A stretch of 64,000 nt of DNA from an uncultured Actinomycetota bacterium (GTDB taxonomy: Bacteria > Actinomycetota > Actinomycetes > JAFAQI01): contig CAWBLI010000005.1 of assembly GCA_963789615.1 (NCBI GenBank), positions 1,693,427-1,757,426 on the forward strand, read 5' to 3'. Under the pieces are notes generated by a model, which did no database searches, had not been told where the DNA came from, and worked only from the letters and a program-made list of their open reading frames with translations. This document shows, piece after piece, positions 30,641-39,456 of the stretch. How positions within the stretch are numbered: the first letter of the stretch is position 1; every line of letters starts with the position of its first letter. The position numbers and the translations under genes were made by a program.

Positions 30641-31954
30641 TCAGCCGTTGACTCCGAAGCTACTGCTGGTGACGACCGCGCGGTTGCGGGAGAAGAAGCC
30701 GAGGTCGAGCGAGTCGCCGGTATAGGGCAACGTCACCTGCACGGGATCGGCGTCGTGATCACGCCCGGCCTCGCACGCCGTGATGAGCTCCGCCATCGCG
30801 TGACCCGCCACCGGCGCGTTCTTGAACTGGTTGCCGCTGGAGCCGATCGCCATGTAGTAGCCCGGCAGATCCGAAACGTCGTACACCGGGATCCAGTCGT
30901 CCGACACGTCGTAGAGGTCGACGACGCCTGCCATTCGAGACGGCACCTCGAGCCCCGGGATCCGGCGCGCCAACCGATAGACCTGCGCCTCCCAGTGCGA
31001 CCGCGTCACCGTGCGGTTGAAGGAGTCCGGGTCGTCGACCCAGTCGCGGTCGTCGCACTCCGGGTCCTCGCTGCCGACCAGGAGGGTGCCGCCCGACTCC
31101 GGCCGGAAGTAGATCCCCTGGTCGCCATCCGCGGTGTGGAATCCCTCGACGTCCAGGTCGACTCCGGGCGGGCCGGGTACGACGTGAACCTCGTGGCGCA
31201 TCGGGCGGGTGCGGATCTTCATCGCCTGCTCGACGCCGGCCATCCGGTTGACGACACCTGAGTAGGGTCCCGCCACGTTGACGATGATCGGCGCGTCGAT
31301 GCGGTCACCGTTGTCGAGCGTCACTCCGCGCACCCGGCTGTCGCTGCGGATCTCACGCACCTCGCGGCGGAAGACGAACCGACCGCCGGCAGCCTCGGCC
31401 GCCCGCTGCAGGTTGTGGGTCGCCAGCGCCGGGTCGCTCATGTACCCCGAGTCCGGCGTATAGATCGCGCCGTCGAGCACGGTCGTCGACGGCTCCCAGA
31501 AGCTGTCGTCCGACGGTCGCGACGGTGGCCAGAACCGGTGCGCGTCGTAGTAGGGCACCCGCCGGAGCAGGGTGTCGGTGTCCCAGTCCTCGTAGGCGAC
31601 GCCGAGCTCGTCGTACAGCTCGGTTGCTTTCAGGTACTGGCCCTCGTCGCTCTTCAACAGCACCGTGCCGCAGTTCACGTACCGGGCGATGCCGCGCTCG
31701 TCCTCGACGCCGAGGTAGTTGCCCCAGTCCTTCCAGTACGAGAAACCAGCGTGCGCCATCGCGACACCGGGCCGCGAGGAGTAGTGCGCCCGCACGCAGG
31801 CGGACGAGCTCGAGGTCGAGCCGTAGCCCGCCGCCGGGAACTTGTCGACGTTGACCGTCCGCAGCCCGCGCTTGCACAGCTCGAAGGCCACGGCCGCACC
31901 GATCACGCCGGCCCCGATGATGACCGCGTCGGCGGTCCCGCTGGTCTCAGTCAT
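30641..31954 (-). CDS. FAD-dependent oxidoreductase (DAO family; candidate sarcosine/N-methyl-amine oxidase)
   Basis: 437 aa from MTETSGTADAVIIGAGVIGAAVAFELCKRG, with a DAO-type fold throughout. It starts 2 nt after the DksA-like stop. Confidence 0.75.
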   Translation of the reverse strand: MTETSGTADAVIIGAGVIGAAVAFELCKRGLRTVNVDKFPAAGYGSTSSSSACVRAHYSSRPGVAMAHAGFSYWKDWGNYLGVEDERGIARYVNCGTVLLKSDEGQYLKATELYDELGVAYEDWDTDTLLRRVPYYDAHRFWPPSRPSDDSFWEPSTTVLDGAIYTPDSGYMSDPALATHNLQRAAEAAGGRFVFRREVREIRSDSRVRGVTLDNGDRIDAPIIVNVAGPYSGVVNRMAGVEQAMKIRTRPMRHEVHVVPGPPGVDLDVEGFHTADGDQGIYFRPESGGTLLVGSEDPECDDRDWVDDPDSFNRTVTRSHWEAQVYRLARRIPGLEVPSRMAGVVDLYDVSDDWIPVYDVSDLPGYYMAIGSSGNQFKNAPVAGHAMAELITACEAGRDHDADPVQVTLPYTGDSLDLGFFSRNRAVVTSSSFGVNG

Positions 31955-31956
31955 CG

Positions 31957-32331
31957 TCAACGCCTCCTGGTCCGGCTGCGGGTGGCGGCGCGACTGCCGC
32001 CCTGGCAGGCGAGGCACCGTACGGCGGTGGGCAGTGCCTCGAGCCGGGCCTCCCCGATCGGCTTGCCGCAGTCGTCGCAGCTGCCGTAGCTACCCTCGGC
32101 CAGCTTGGCGATGGCGCGGTTGACGACGCTGAGCTGGCCGTCGAGCTTCTCGGCCGTGACGGCGCGCTCCTCCTGCTCGGTCGCGATCGCGGTGAAGTCG
32201 CCGGCCCGCTTCCCGAAGCCGATCGCCGCCATCCCCTCCTCGCGCGGGAGGTTAAGCCGGGTGATCTGCGCGATCAGCTCGTCACGCCGACGGTCGAGCT
32301 CGGCCCGGATCTCGTCGTCCGACGCCGTCAT
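31957..32331 (-). CDS. TraR/DksA family zinc-finger protein
   Basis: 124 aa: a coiled-coil N-terminal half plus CDDCGKPIGEARLEALPTAVRCLAC (C-x2-C-x17-C-x2-C). The ATG overlaps the ferredoxin-reductase stop (ATGA). Confidence 0.8.
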   Translation of the reverse strand: MTASDDEIRAELDRRRDELIAQITRLNLPREEGMAAIGFGKRAGDFTAIATEQEERAVTAEKLDGQLSVVNRAIAKLAEGSYGSCDDCGKPIGEARLEALPTAVRCLACQGGSRAATRSRTRRR

Positions 32332-33515
32332 GCCGGCACCGGGCCATGGCGCGGGGTGAGCTGCCGGCGCAGCTTGTTGAAGGACCGGCCCGCGTTCATC
32401 GCGATCACCGCACTGACCTGGTCGCCGTGGTCGTAGACCGCGACGAAGCTCCCCGCTTCCGGGTCGCCCTCGACGACGCGGACCGGGTCGCTCGGCTCGC
32501 GGTGGCCGGCGAACTGGATCATCACGCCGTACTGGTCGGACCAGAAGTACGGGGCGCGAGGGTGGGCGAGCGCGTCGACGTCGCCGCCGAGCAGCGCAGT
32601 GATGGTGCGCGCCGGGTTCTCCAGGGCGTTGGTCCAGTGCTCGACCCGATGCGGAGCCGCGGTCCACGGTCCGGCGGGACGCGCGACGTCGCCGACCGCG
32701 GCGACGTGAGGAAATGAGGTCAGACCGTGCGCGTCGGTGACGACGCCGTTGTCGAGCTGCAGCCCGCTGCCCTCGAGCCACTCGGTCACCGGTGCCGCGC
32801 CCACCCCGACCAGGACCAGGTCGGCATCGAGCACCGAGCCGTCGCTGAGCTCGACTCCGGTGACGCGGTCGTGGCCGCGCAGGGCGGTCACGCCGACTCC
32901 GGTGCGCAGCCTGACGCCGTTCGCGGCGTGCAGGGCGGCACAGATCGCGCCCATGTCCTCACCCAGGGCCAGCGAGAGCGGGACGTCGAGCATCTCCACG
33001 ACCGTGACGTCCGCGCCCAGGGTGCGGGCCGCGCCGGCCACCTCGGAGCCGATGAAGCCGGCACCGACGACCACCAGCCGGACGCCGGGGACCAGCACAT
33101 CACGCAGCGCCAGCGCATCCTCGATGGTCCGGAGCAGATGGACCCCCGCGAGCGGGGCGGCGCCGCGCAATGCCCGCGGCCGGGAGCCGGTGGCGAGCAC
33201 GACGTGGTCGGCAACGATCTCCTCATCACCGACGAGGACGGCGCGGTCGGCGGCGCGCAGCCCGGTCGCGACCTCGCCGAGCCGGCGCTCGACGGCCAGA
33301 GTGTCGAGCTCGGTCTCGTCGGCGAGCTCGAGCTTCTCGCGACTGACCGTGCCGAGCAGGAATCCCTTGGACAGCGGCGGCCGGTCGTAGGGCAGATGCG
33401 GCTCCTCGCCGATGAGCACCAGCCGACCGTCGTACCCCTGCTCGCGCAAAGCGCGCACGGCACCGAGGCCGCCCAGCGACGCGCCGACCACGACCGCCGT
33501 CTCGCGCGCGGTCAT
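32328..33515 (-). CDS. NAD(P)/FAD-dependent ferredoxin reductase
   Basis: 395 aa with two Rossmann motifs (VVVGASLGGLGAV; VVVGAGFIGSEVAG) and the typical ferredoxin-reductase C-terminal domain (YFWSDQYG). Confidence 0.85.
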   Translation of the reverse strand: MTARETAVVVGASLGGLGAVRALREQGYDGRLVLIGEEPHLPYDRPPLSKGFLLGTVSREKLELADETELDTLAVERRLGEVATGLRAADRAVLVGDEEIVADHVVLATGSRPRALRGAAPLAGVHLLRTIEDALALRDVLVPGVRLVVVGAGFIGSEVAGAARTLGADVTVVEMLDVPLSLALGEDMGAICAALHAANGVRLRTGVGVTALRGHDRVTGVELSDGSVLDADLVLVGVGAAPVTEWLEGSGLQLDNGVVTDAHGLTSFPHVAAVGDVARPAGPWTAAPHRVEHWTNALENPARTITALLGGDVDALAHPRAPYFWSDQYGVMIQFAGHREPSDPVRVVEGDPEAGSFVAVYDHGDQVSAVIAMNAGRSFNKLRRQLTPRHGPVPA

Positions 33516-33844
33516 GCCGTCGCCCTTCGGCGGTGAACGTCCACGAAGACGGCGCCGTCACGGACCTCGACGTAGTAGGTCTTGACCGGCCGCTTGGCGG
33601 GTGGCGACGTCACCTCACCGGTCCGCAGGTCGAAGAACGACGCGTGCAACGGGCACTCGACCAGACAGCCCTCGAGGTAGCCCTCGGCGAGGGAGGCGTC
33701 CTGGTGGGTGCAGGTGTCGTCGATCGCGAACCAGCCCTCATCGGCATGGAACACCGCGACGGGATGGCCACCGATGACGACCCGCCGGGCCTCGCCGGGC
33801 GGCAGCTCGTCCGCCCCGAAGACCTCGACCATCCGCTTCTCCAC
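33512..33844 (-). CDS. Rieske-type [2Fe-2S] ferredoxin
   Basis: 110 aa with CTHQDASL..CPLHASFFDLRTGE (C-x-H..C-x2-H). It overlaps the reductase start by 4 nt. Confidence 0.85.
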   Translation of the reverse strand: MEKRMVEVFGADELPPGEARRVVIGGHPVAVFHADEGWFAIDDTCTHQDASLAEGYLEGCLVECPLHASFFDLRTGEVTSPPAKRPVKTYYVEVRDGAVFVDVHRRRATA

Positions 33845-33866
33845 CCACGCGTGCCTAGTTGTGCCT

Positions 33867-33895
33867 TACGCAACAGTTACCGTTATACGCAACAG
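33867..33895 (+). promoter_or_regulatory. two direct TACGCAACAG boxes (19-bp register) in the ferredoxin/betB divergent promoter region
   Basis: cTTACGCAACAGttaccgtTATACGCAACAGcc. The same box occurs at 23356-23364 (reverse complement), 27955-27964 (reverse complement, ATGCGCAACA), 27984-27991 and 46486-46495. Confidence 0.4.
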
Positions 33896-33998
33896 CCTGG
33901 CGCACCTGTCCCATACCGGTCAAGGTGTGAAACCCTGAGCACTGTCGCGCTGTTCAGGAACGCTGTCAGGAAACAGTACGGCCTGCCAGGAGGACCTC

Positions 33999-35469
33999 GT
34001 GTCGAGTCTGTTCATCGCCGGTCGCTGGAGGTCGTCGGCATCCGGCGCCACCGACGACGTCATCAATCCCGCGAACGGCGAGGTCATCGAGGCGGTCGAC
34101 CGAGCCGGAGCCAACGAGGTGGACCAGGCGATCGCGGCGGCGCGGTCGGCGTTCGACACCGGGCCGTGGCCGAAGACGCCGGCGGCCGAGCGAGGGAAGC
34201 TGCTCGGTCGCGTCGCCGACCTGCTCGAACGCGACCGGTCCGAGCTCGGCCGGCTGGAGACGACGGACACCGGCAAGACCGCGCGGGAGGGTCTGCTCGA
34301 CATCGACGACGTCGTGTCGGTCTTCCGCTACTACGCGGATCTCGCCGGCCACGACCTCGACCACGACGTCCTGATCCCAACCCCCGGCGTACGCAGCCGA
34401 ATCCGCCACGAACCGGTCGGCGTCTGCACCCTGATCACGCCGTGGAACTACCCGCTGCTGCAGATCTCGTGGAAGGTCGCGCCGGCGCTCGCGGCCGGCA
34501 ACACGACGATCGTGAAGCCGAGCGAGGTCACCCCGCTCACCACGATCAAGCTGGTCGGGCTGCTCGCCGAGGCCGGCGTACCCGGACGGGGTCGTCAACC
34601 TGGTCCTCGGCCCCGGCGGCGAGGTCGGGACGCCGCTGGTCACCGACCCACGGGTCGACATGGTGTCGTTCACCGGTGGCCTCGCGACCGGGCGGACCAT
34701 CATGGCCGCCGCGGCAGGCACCGTGAAGCGGATCGCGCTGGAGCTCGGCGGCAAGAACCCGAACATCGTCTTCGCCGACTCCGACTTCGAGACCGCCGTC
34801 GACCACGCGCTCACCGGTGCGTTCCTGCACTCCGGTCAGGTCTGCTCGGCCGGCTCGAGGATCATCGTCGAGCGCAGCATCCACGACGACTTCGTCGCCG
34901 AGCTCGCGCGTCGCGCCGATCGGGTACGGGTGGGCGACCCGCTCGACGAGTCGAGCGAGTGCGGGCCGCTGGTGTCGCAGGCACAGCTGGACAAGATCGA
35001 GCGGTACGTCGACATCGGCCGGTCGGAAGGTGCGCGGCTGGAGTGCGGCGGCATCCGGCCGACCGAGGGTGCGCTCGGCGATGGCTTCTTCTACCGGCCG
35101 ACGCTGTTCTCCGGCTGCGACCGGACGATGCGGATCGTGTCCGAGGAGGTCTTCGGCCCGGTGGCGACGGTCGAGGTCTTCGACACCGAGGCCGAGGCGA
35201 TCACCCTCGGCAACGACACGACGTACGGGCTCGCCGGCGCGGTCTTCACCACCGACGTCGAACGCGGCGAGCGGGTCGCGGAGGCGCTGCGACACGGGAC
35301 GGTATGGATCAACGACTATCACCCGTATCTGCCGCAGGCCGAGTGGGGCGGCATGAAGCAGTCGGGCATCGGGCGAGAGCTCGGCGTGACCGGGTTGCTG
35401 GAGTACATGGAGATCAAGCACGTCTATCGCACCCTCGAGCCGGCACCCCCGGGCTGGTTCACCGGCTAG
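33999..35469 (+). pseudogene. betB: betaine-aldehyde dehydrogenase-like aldehyde dehydrogenase, one frame break as assembled
   Basis: ALDH motifs (VCTLITPWNYPLL, ELGGKNPNIVF, catalytic SGQVCSAGSR, EEVFGPV). The break at ~34581 (extra c: AGVP-ccc-) joins ORF 33999.. to ORF 34660..35469 (..AGVPDGVVNLVLGPGGEVGTPLVTDPRVDMVSFTGG..). The betB assignment rests on context. Confidence 0.75.
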
Positions 35470-35472
35470 TCA

Positions 35473-35508
35473 TCAGCGATAGTTAAGCAATCACTTGACT
35501 ATCGCTGA
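35473..35508. promoter_or_regulatory. 11-bp perfect inverted repeat TCAGCGATAGT-N14-ACTATCGCTGA (betB terminator and/or ArsR operator)
   Basis: It lies 4 nt after the betB stop and 22 nt before the ArsR start. The AT-rich spacer and flank carry repeated TTAAGC/TTAAC half-sites. Confidence 0.4.
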
Positions 35509-35529
35509 GAGCCGTGCAAGGTTAAGCGA

Positions 35530-35871
35530 ATGGTTAACGATGCGGCCGTCCTGGATCGGGTTTTCCATGCCCTCGGCGATCCGACCCGGCGCGGCATTCT
35601 CGAGCAGCTCAGCCAACGCCCCATCTCTGTCAGCACGCTGGCATCGCCGCTCGACATGAGTCTCCCCGCCGTGTTGCAGCACGTCCGGGTGCTCGAGGAC
35701 TGCGGACTCGTCAGCACGACCAAGGTCGGCCGCACCCGTACCTGCGTTCTTGAGCCCGAGACGTTGCAGACCGCGACGGATTGGCTGACCGAGCGGCGGC
35801 GCGCGTGGGAGGCACAGTTCGACCGCTTGGGCGCCTTCCTCGCCCGACAACAGAGGAGACGACATGACTGA
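35530..35871 (+). CDS. ArsR/SmtB family transcriptional regulator
   Basis: 113 aa with FHALGDPTRRGILEQLSQRPISVSTLASPLDMSLPAVLQHVRVLEDCGLV. Confidence 0.85.
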   Translation: MVNDAAVLDRVFHALGDPTRRGILEQLSQRPISVSTLASPLDMSLPAVLQHVRVLEDCGLVSTTKVGRTRTCVLEPETLQTATDWLTERRRAWEAQFDRLGAFLARQQRRRHD

Positions 35872-36355
35872 GGCACCTGCATTCCACATTCGCACCGACG
35901 TGACGACGCACGGCACGTTCGTCATCGAGCGCGACTACCCCACGCCGCCCGAGAAGGTCTTCGCGGCGTTCTCGACGGCAGAGGCCAAACGGGCATGGTT
36001 CCGGCCACCTGCCGACTGGAGCGTGGAGCCGGCCGAGTTCGAGTTCGTCGCCGGCGGCGCCGAACGGCATGTCTCCGTATCACCCGATGGCACCCGCCAT
36101 GGGTACGACGGCCGCTACATCGATATCGCCAAGAACGCCCGCATCGTCTTCTCCTACGCCATGGACTACAACGGCGAGCCGCTCTCCGCGTCGCTGGTCA
36201 CTGTCGAGTTCGAAGCGACCACGTCCGGCACCCACATGACCTTCACCGAGCAGGGCGCCTATTACCTCGAAGGTGATCGCGACGAGATCGTCGGCGGCCG
36301 CGAGTGGGGCACCCGCATCGGACTCGACCAGCTTGATAACTATCTGACCGACTGA
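35864..36355 (+). CDS. SRPBCC family protein (Aha1/activator of Hsp90 ATPase homolog-like domain)
   Basis: 163 aa. It overlaps the ArsR gene by 8 nt, which is the classic ArsR-SRPBCC pairing. Motifs AWFRPP.., YIDIAKNARIVFSY, MTFTEQGAY. Confidence 0.8.
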   Translation: MTEAPAFHIRTDVTTHGTFVIERDYPTPPEKVFAAFSTAEAKRAWFRPPADWSVEPAEFEFVAGGAERHVSVSPDGTRHGYDGRYIDIAKNARIVFSYAMDYNGEPLSASLVTVEFEATTSGTHMTFTEQGAYYLEGDRDEIVGGREWGTRIGLDQLDNYLTD

Positions 36356-36452
36356 CCCCGGACGATCCAGCTGGCCTCTCCGCGCGCCAAATCGGACACG
36401 TAGCGCGGTCTCCTGTCCGTTTCTGCGCACGGAGTACGGATCGCCGACCCGA

Positions 36453-37104
36453 TCAGTGCCTTGGGTGGGGAAGCACCATATTCATGACGCGGACCCGACG
36501 AGTGCCGTCGGGCCGCTTGCCGAGGGCTCGTTCGCGGTAGGGCTCGAGGACGGCCGCGAGGGCGACGTTTATCTGCTCGGCCTCCTCGGCGGTCAGCCAG
36601 AGGTCGGCGTTGGCCAGGGCCGCGACGTCCTGCCACTCCTCGGGTTCCTCGCGCTCGGTCGCGATGAACTCCTCCGCCATCGCCCGGCTGCGGTCGAAGA
36701 ATGCTAGGGCGACGGCGGCTGCCGCGGCCGCACCAGCGGGGGTGGACGGCTCGAGATCGACCTGCGTCTTGCGCCCGGTCGCCCGCCACGGCCTTTCCCG
36801 TCCGTCGCTTCGGGCGGGGGCGGGCTCGACGAAGTTGTAGCGCTCCAACAACTTCAGGTGATACGCCGTCGCGCTCGGGCTGAGTCCCGGTCAAGGCAGC
36901 GCAGTCGGTAGCAGTCAGCTCGTCCCCCGACCCGAGGGCATCGATAATCGCCACCCGCGCAGGGTGGGCGAGGGCGCGGATGTCACGGGCGTCCTGCAGG
37001 TACAGGGTGTCCTCGTCATGGGTCCCTGACCGACGGGCCTGCGGCCCGCGCCGGGCTCGACGGGACGGCGGATCGCCACTACGGGACGACCGATCGGCAG
37101 ACAT
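36453..37104 (-). pseudogene. ArsR-like winged-helix transcriptional regulator, one frame break as assembled
   Basis: The N-terminal frame reads IRALAHPARVAIIDALGSGDELTATDCAALTG. After the break at ~36886 it continues LSPSATAYHLKLLERYNFVEPAPAR.. (ORF 36453..36851). It is divergent from the MFS gene. Confidence 0.7.
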
Positions 37105-37210
37105 CGACTCAGAACATAGCCCTTGACCGACAGTTGTTAAGGAAATACTGTTCAACAAATGCTTAACATCTACCGGAAACCGCGACCTGGCCATCGCCCT
37201 CACAGGGCGC

Positions 37211-38392
37211 ATGGTGTCGACGTTCGGCGACGGAGTGGCGCTCGTTGCCCTAACCCTGCGGCTGCAGGAGGACGGCGGCCACCCCTACGAGGTGGCGCTG
37301 CTGCTGTCCGCCGGTGTCGTCCCGCTGCTGCTGCTCGCCCGCCCGGTCGGGCTACTCGTGGACGCCCACGACTCCCGGCGCCTGCTCATCGGGGGTGGCC
37401 TGGTCGAGGTGGCTGCCACGATCCCGCTGATCTTCCTGCATTCGATCGTCCCGATCGTGGCACTCGTCGCTGTGCTCGGCGCAGCCGCGTCGGTGACCGG
37501 GGCGACCTGGTCGGCCCTCGTCCCCCGAGTGGCCGGCGAAGACCACATGGCGGAGGCGGTCTCGGCTCAACAGTCCCTGAGCGTCCTCGCCCTCGTCGGC
37601 GCCCCAGCGATCGGCGGTCTGTTGGCCGGGGCGTTCGGCTCTGGCGTTCCGGTAGCCATCGACGCCGCCACGTTCGTCGTCGTGACCATCGCCGCTGCTC
37701 TGGTCCGCACCCGCCGGGTGCCCGAACGGACGGCCAGCGGCGACGGACCGAGCCAAGCTCGGGGTGGATTCGCCATCCTCCGAGCTGACCGGGTTCTCGC
37801 TCCTCTTCTCGCCGGCGTAGCGCTCGTTGTCCTGCTGGTCGGGATGGTTGACGTCGTACTCGTGTACCTGGTCCGCGAGACTCTCCGCGCCGGAGGCGTC
37901 TGGTATGGCGTAGCCGAGGCCTCCTGGATGGCCGGCATGGTGGCGGGATCGCTCGGGGCGGGTCGCGTCCGGACCGAACGTGGGCAAGTGCGCGCCACCA
38001 TCGCCGGCGCAGCCCTCGCCTGCGCCGGCCTCGCCGGTTTCGCCGTCGCGCCCACGGTGTGGATCCTGGTACCCCTTTCGGTGCTCGGCGGTATCGGGAA
38101 CGGCTACGCCGGGACCTGTCTGTCGACCTTGCTCGTGACCCGCACCCCCGACAGCGCACGTGGCCGGGTGTCCGCCACCGCCAACGCGCTCTTCGGCGGC
38201 GCCCAGGGCGCCTCACTTCTGCTGGGCGGCGCCATCGCGGTGGTGCTGTCACCCCGCGCGATCTACGCCGTCGCCGGTCTGCTCGGCCTGGCCGCTGCCG
38301 CGATCGTGGCCGTCACGCACTCCTCGCCGGATTCTGGACCGGCTCTGAGCGACGGCCGTCTGGCCGGAGTAGCCGTGAGTCAGGAGTTGTGA
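37211..38392 (+). CDS. MFS transporter
   Basis: 393 aa, ~11-12 TM helices. The in-frame upstream sequence (..GNRDLAIALTGR-M) looks like a conserved MFS N-terminus but has no canonical start, so the 5' end is uncertain. Confidence 0.8.
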   Translation: MVSTFGDGVALVALTLRLQEDGGHPYEVALLLSAGVVPLLLLARPVGLLVDAHDSRRLLIGGGLVEVAATIPLIFLHSIVPIVALVAVLGAAASVTGATWSALVPRVAGEDHMAEAVSAQQSLSVLALVGAPAIGGLLAGAFGSGVPVAIDAATFVVVTIAAALVRTRRVPERTASGDGPSQARGGFAILRADRVLAPLLAGVALVVLLVGMVDVVLVYLVRETLRAGGVWYGVAEASWMAGMVAGSLGAGRVRTERGQVRATIAGAALACAGLAGFAVAPTVWILVPLSVLGGIGNGYAGTCLSTLLVTRTPDSARGRVSATANALFGGAQGASLLLGGAIAVVLSPRAIYAVAGLLGLAAAAIVAVTHSSPDSGPALSDGRLAGVAVSQEL

Positions 38393-38404
38393 GGGCGACT
38401 TCCC

Positions 38405-38562
38405 GCCGACCCGGGACGCATTGAAGTGCGCAACCTGCTTGGAGCTGTTGACCTTCAGCGGTGGCTTCGACTTCTTCGACCAGCGACAAGGGCGTGCTGT
38501 GCCTGTCCTTGAGCGTCGTGGTCTTGGTCGCAGGGTTGTGGTGACCCAGCACCAGCGAGCCG
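38405..38562 (-). pseudogene. remnant of a paralog of the secreted protein gene 38665..39375
   Basis: ~80% nucleotide identity to 39121..39290. It translates, with an internal frame break, to GSLVLGHHNPATKTTTLKD..SKPPLKVNSSKQVAHFNAS, against GSLVLGHHNSATKTTTLKD..TKPPLKVNSSKQVAHLNAS in the intact copy. There is no start, signal peptide or C-terminal half. The left boundary may extend to ~38340, under the MFS 3' end. Confidence 0.6.
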
Positions 38563-38604
38563 TCACCCCCCGGCTGGTTCACCGGCTGACGCGCCCGCTC
38601 GCTG

Positions 38605-38656
38605 CACACATGGCCCATCGGTGGGGTCATAGCACCACCGATGGGCCATGCGTGTG
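38605..38656. repeat. hairpin repeat family 1, copy B
   Basis: CACACATGGCCCATCGGTGG-ggtcatagca-CCACCGATGGGCCATGCGTGTG, 8 nt from the stop of the minus-strand gene at 38665. It shares its core with 25089..25153. Confidence 0.7.
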
Positions 38657-38664
38657 GGGCTAGC

Positions 38665-39375
38665 TCAGCGCCCTGGCGCCGCCACGTGGGTGTGCTTCGC
38701 CGCGATCGCTGGCTGCGTGACCGAGGTGGCGTGAGCGATGCGGATCGCGAAGATACCGGCGTTGTACGCGAAGGCCGTGGTCGCACCGTTGCTCTCGCAG
38801 TACTGCCCGTACCTGATCGGTGTTGTCACCTTCACGACGGCCGTCTCGCTGGCCTGTGAGTAGTCCGCCGTGCCGGTGGTGTCCGGTTCGAAGCCACCCC
38901 ACTGCACGGCCGTCGATGTGTTGTCGCTCGTCCCGATGTAGCAGAAGCCCCCGTCGCTGCCCTGGAGCAGTGTCGAGGCGTTCACGTAGTAGGTGCCCTT
39001 GTTGAGCACGCTGGTCTGCGAGACGAGGATTTCCGACCCGTTCGGGATGGTGAGGTCTGTGGCCACCGGAATCTGTCCCGCGGATCCCGAGCTCAACTGC
39101 GACGCCGACAAGCCCCCGAGCAGGGATGCGTTGAGGTGTGCGACCTGCTTGGAGCTGTTGACCTTCAACGGTGGCTTCGTCTTCTTGCCGACCAGCTTCA
39201 AGGGCGTGCCCTTGCTGTCCTTCAGCGTCGTCGTCTTCGTTGCCGAGTTGTGGTGCCCCAGCACGAGGGACCCGCCGTTCGCTGCGGTCGCGATACCCAG
39301 ACCCCCCACCGTCAGCGCCAATGCACCGATGCCGCCGGCCACAACGCCACGGCCAAATAGCTGCCGTACCTTCAT
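38665..39375 (-). CDS. secreted hypothetical protein
   Basis: 236 aa with a signal peptide (MKVRQLFGRGVVAGGIGALALTVGGLGIATAA) and RBS GGGGGTAGGA. High GC3. No recognisable catalytic motif. Confidence 0.65.
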   Translation of the reverse strand: MKVRQLFGRGVVAGGIGALALTVGGLGIATAANGGSLVLGHHNSATKTTTLKDSKGTPLKLVGKKTKPPLKVNSSKQVAHLNASLLGGLSASQLSSGSAGQIPVATDLTIPNGSEILVSQTSVLNKGTYYVNASTLLQGSDGGFCYIGTSDNTSTAVQWGGFEPDTTGTADYSQASETAVVKVTTPIRYGQYCESNGATTAFAYNAGIFAIRIAHATSVTQPAIAAKHTHVAAPGR

Positions 39376-39456
39376 TTCCTACCCCCAGATCGACATGGGG
39401 CGCCGAGGATCGACCCCCCACGCGAACCATACAACCGGGGACAAGCAGCACGGATG

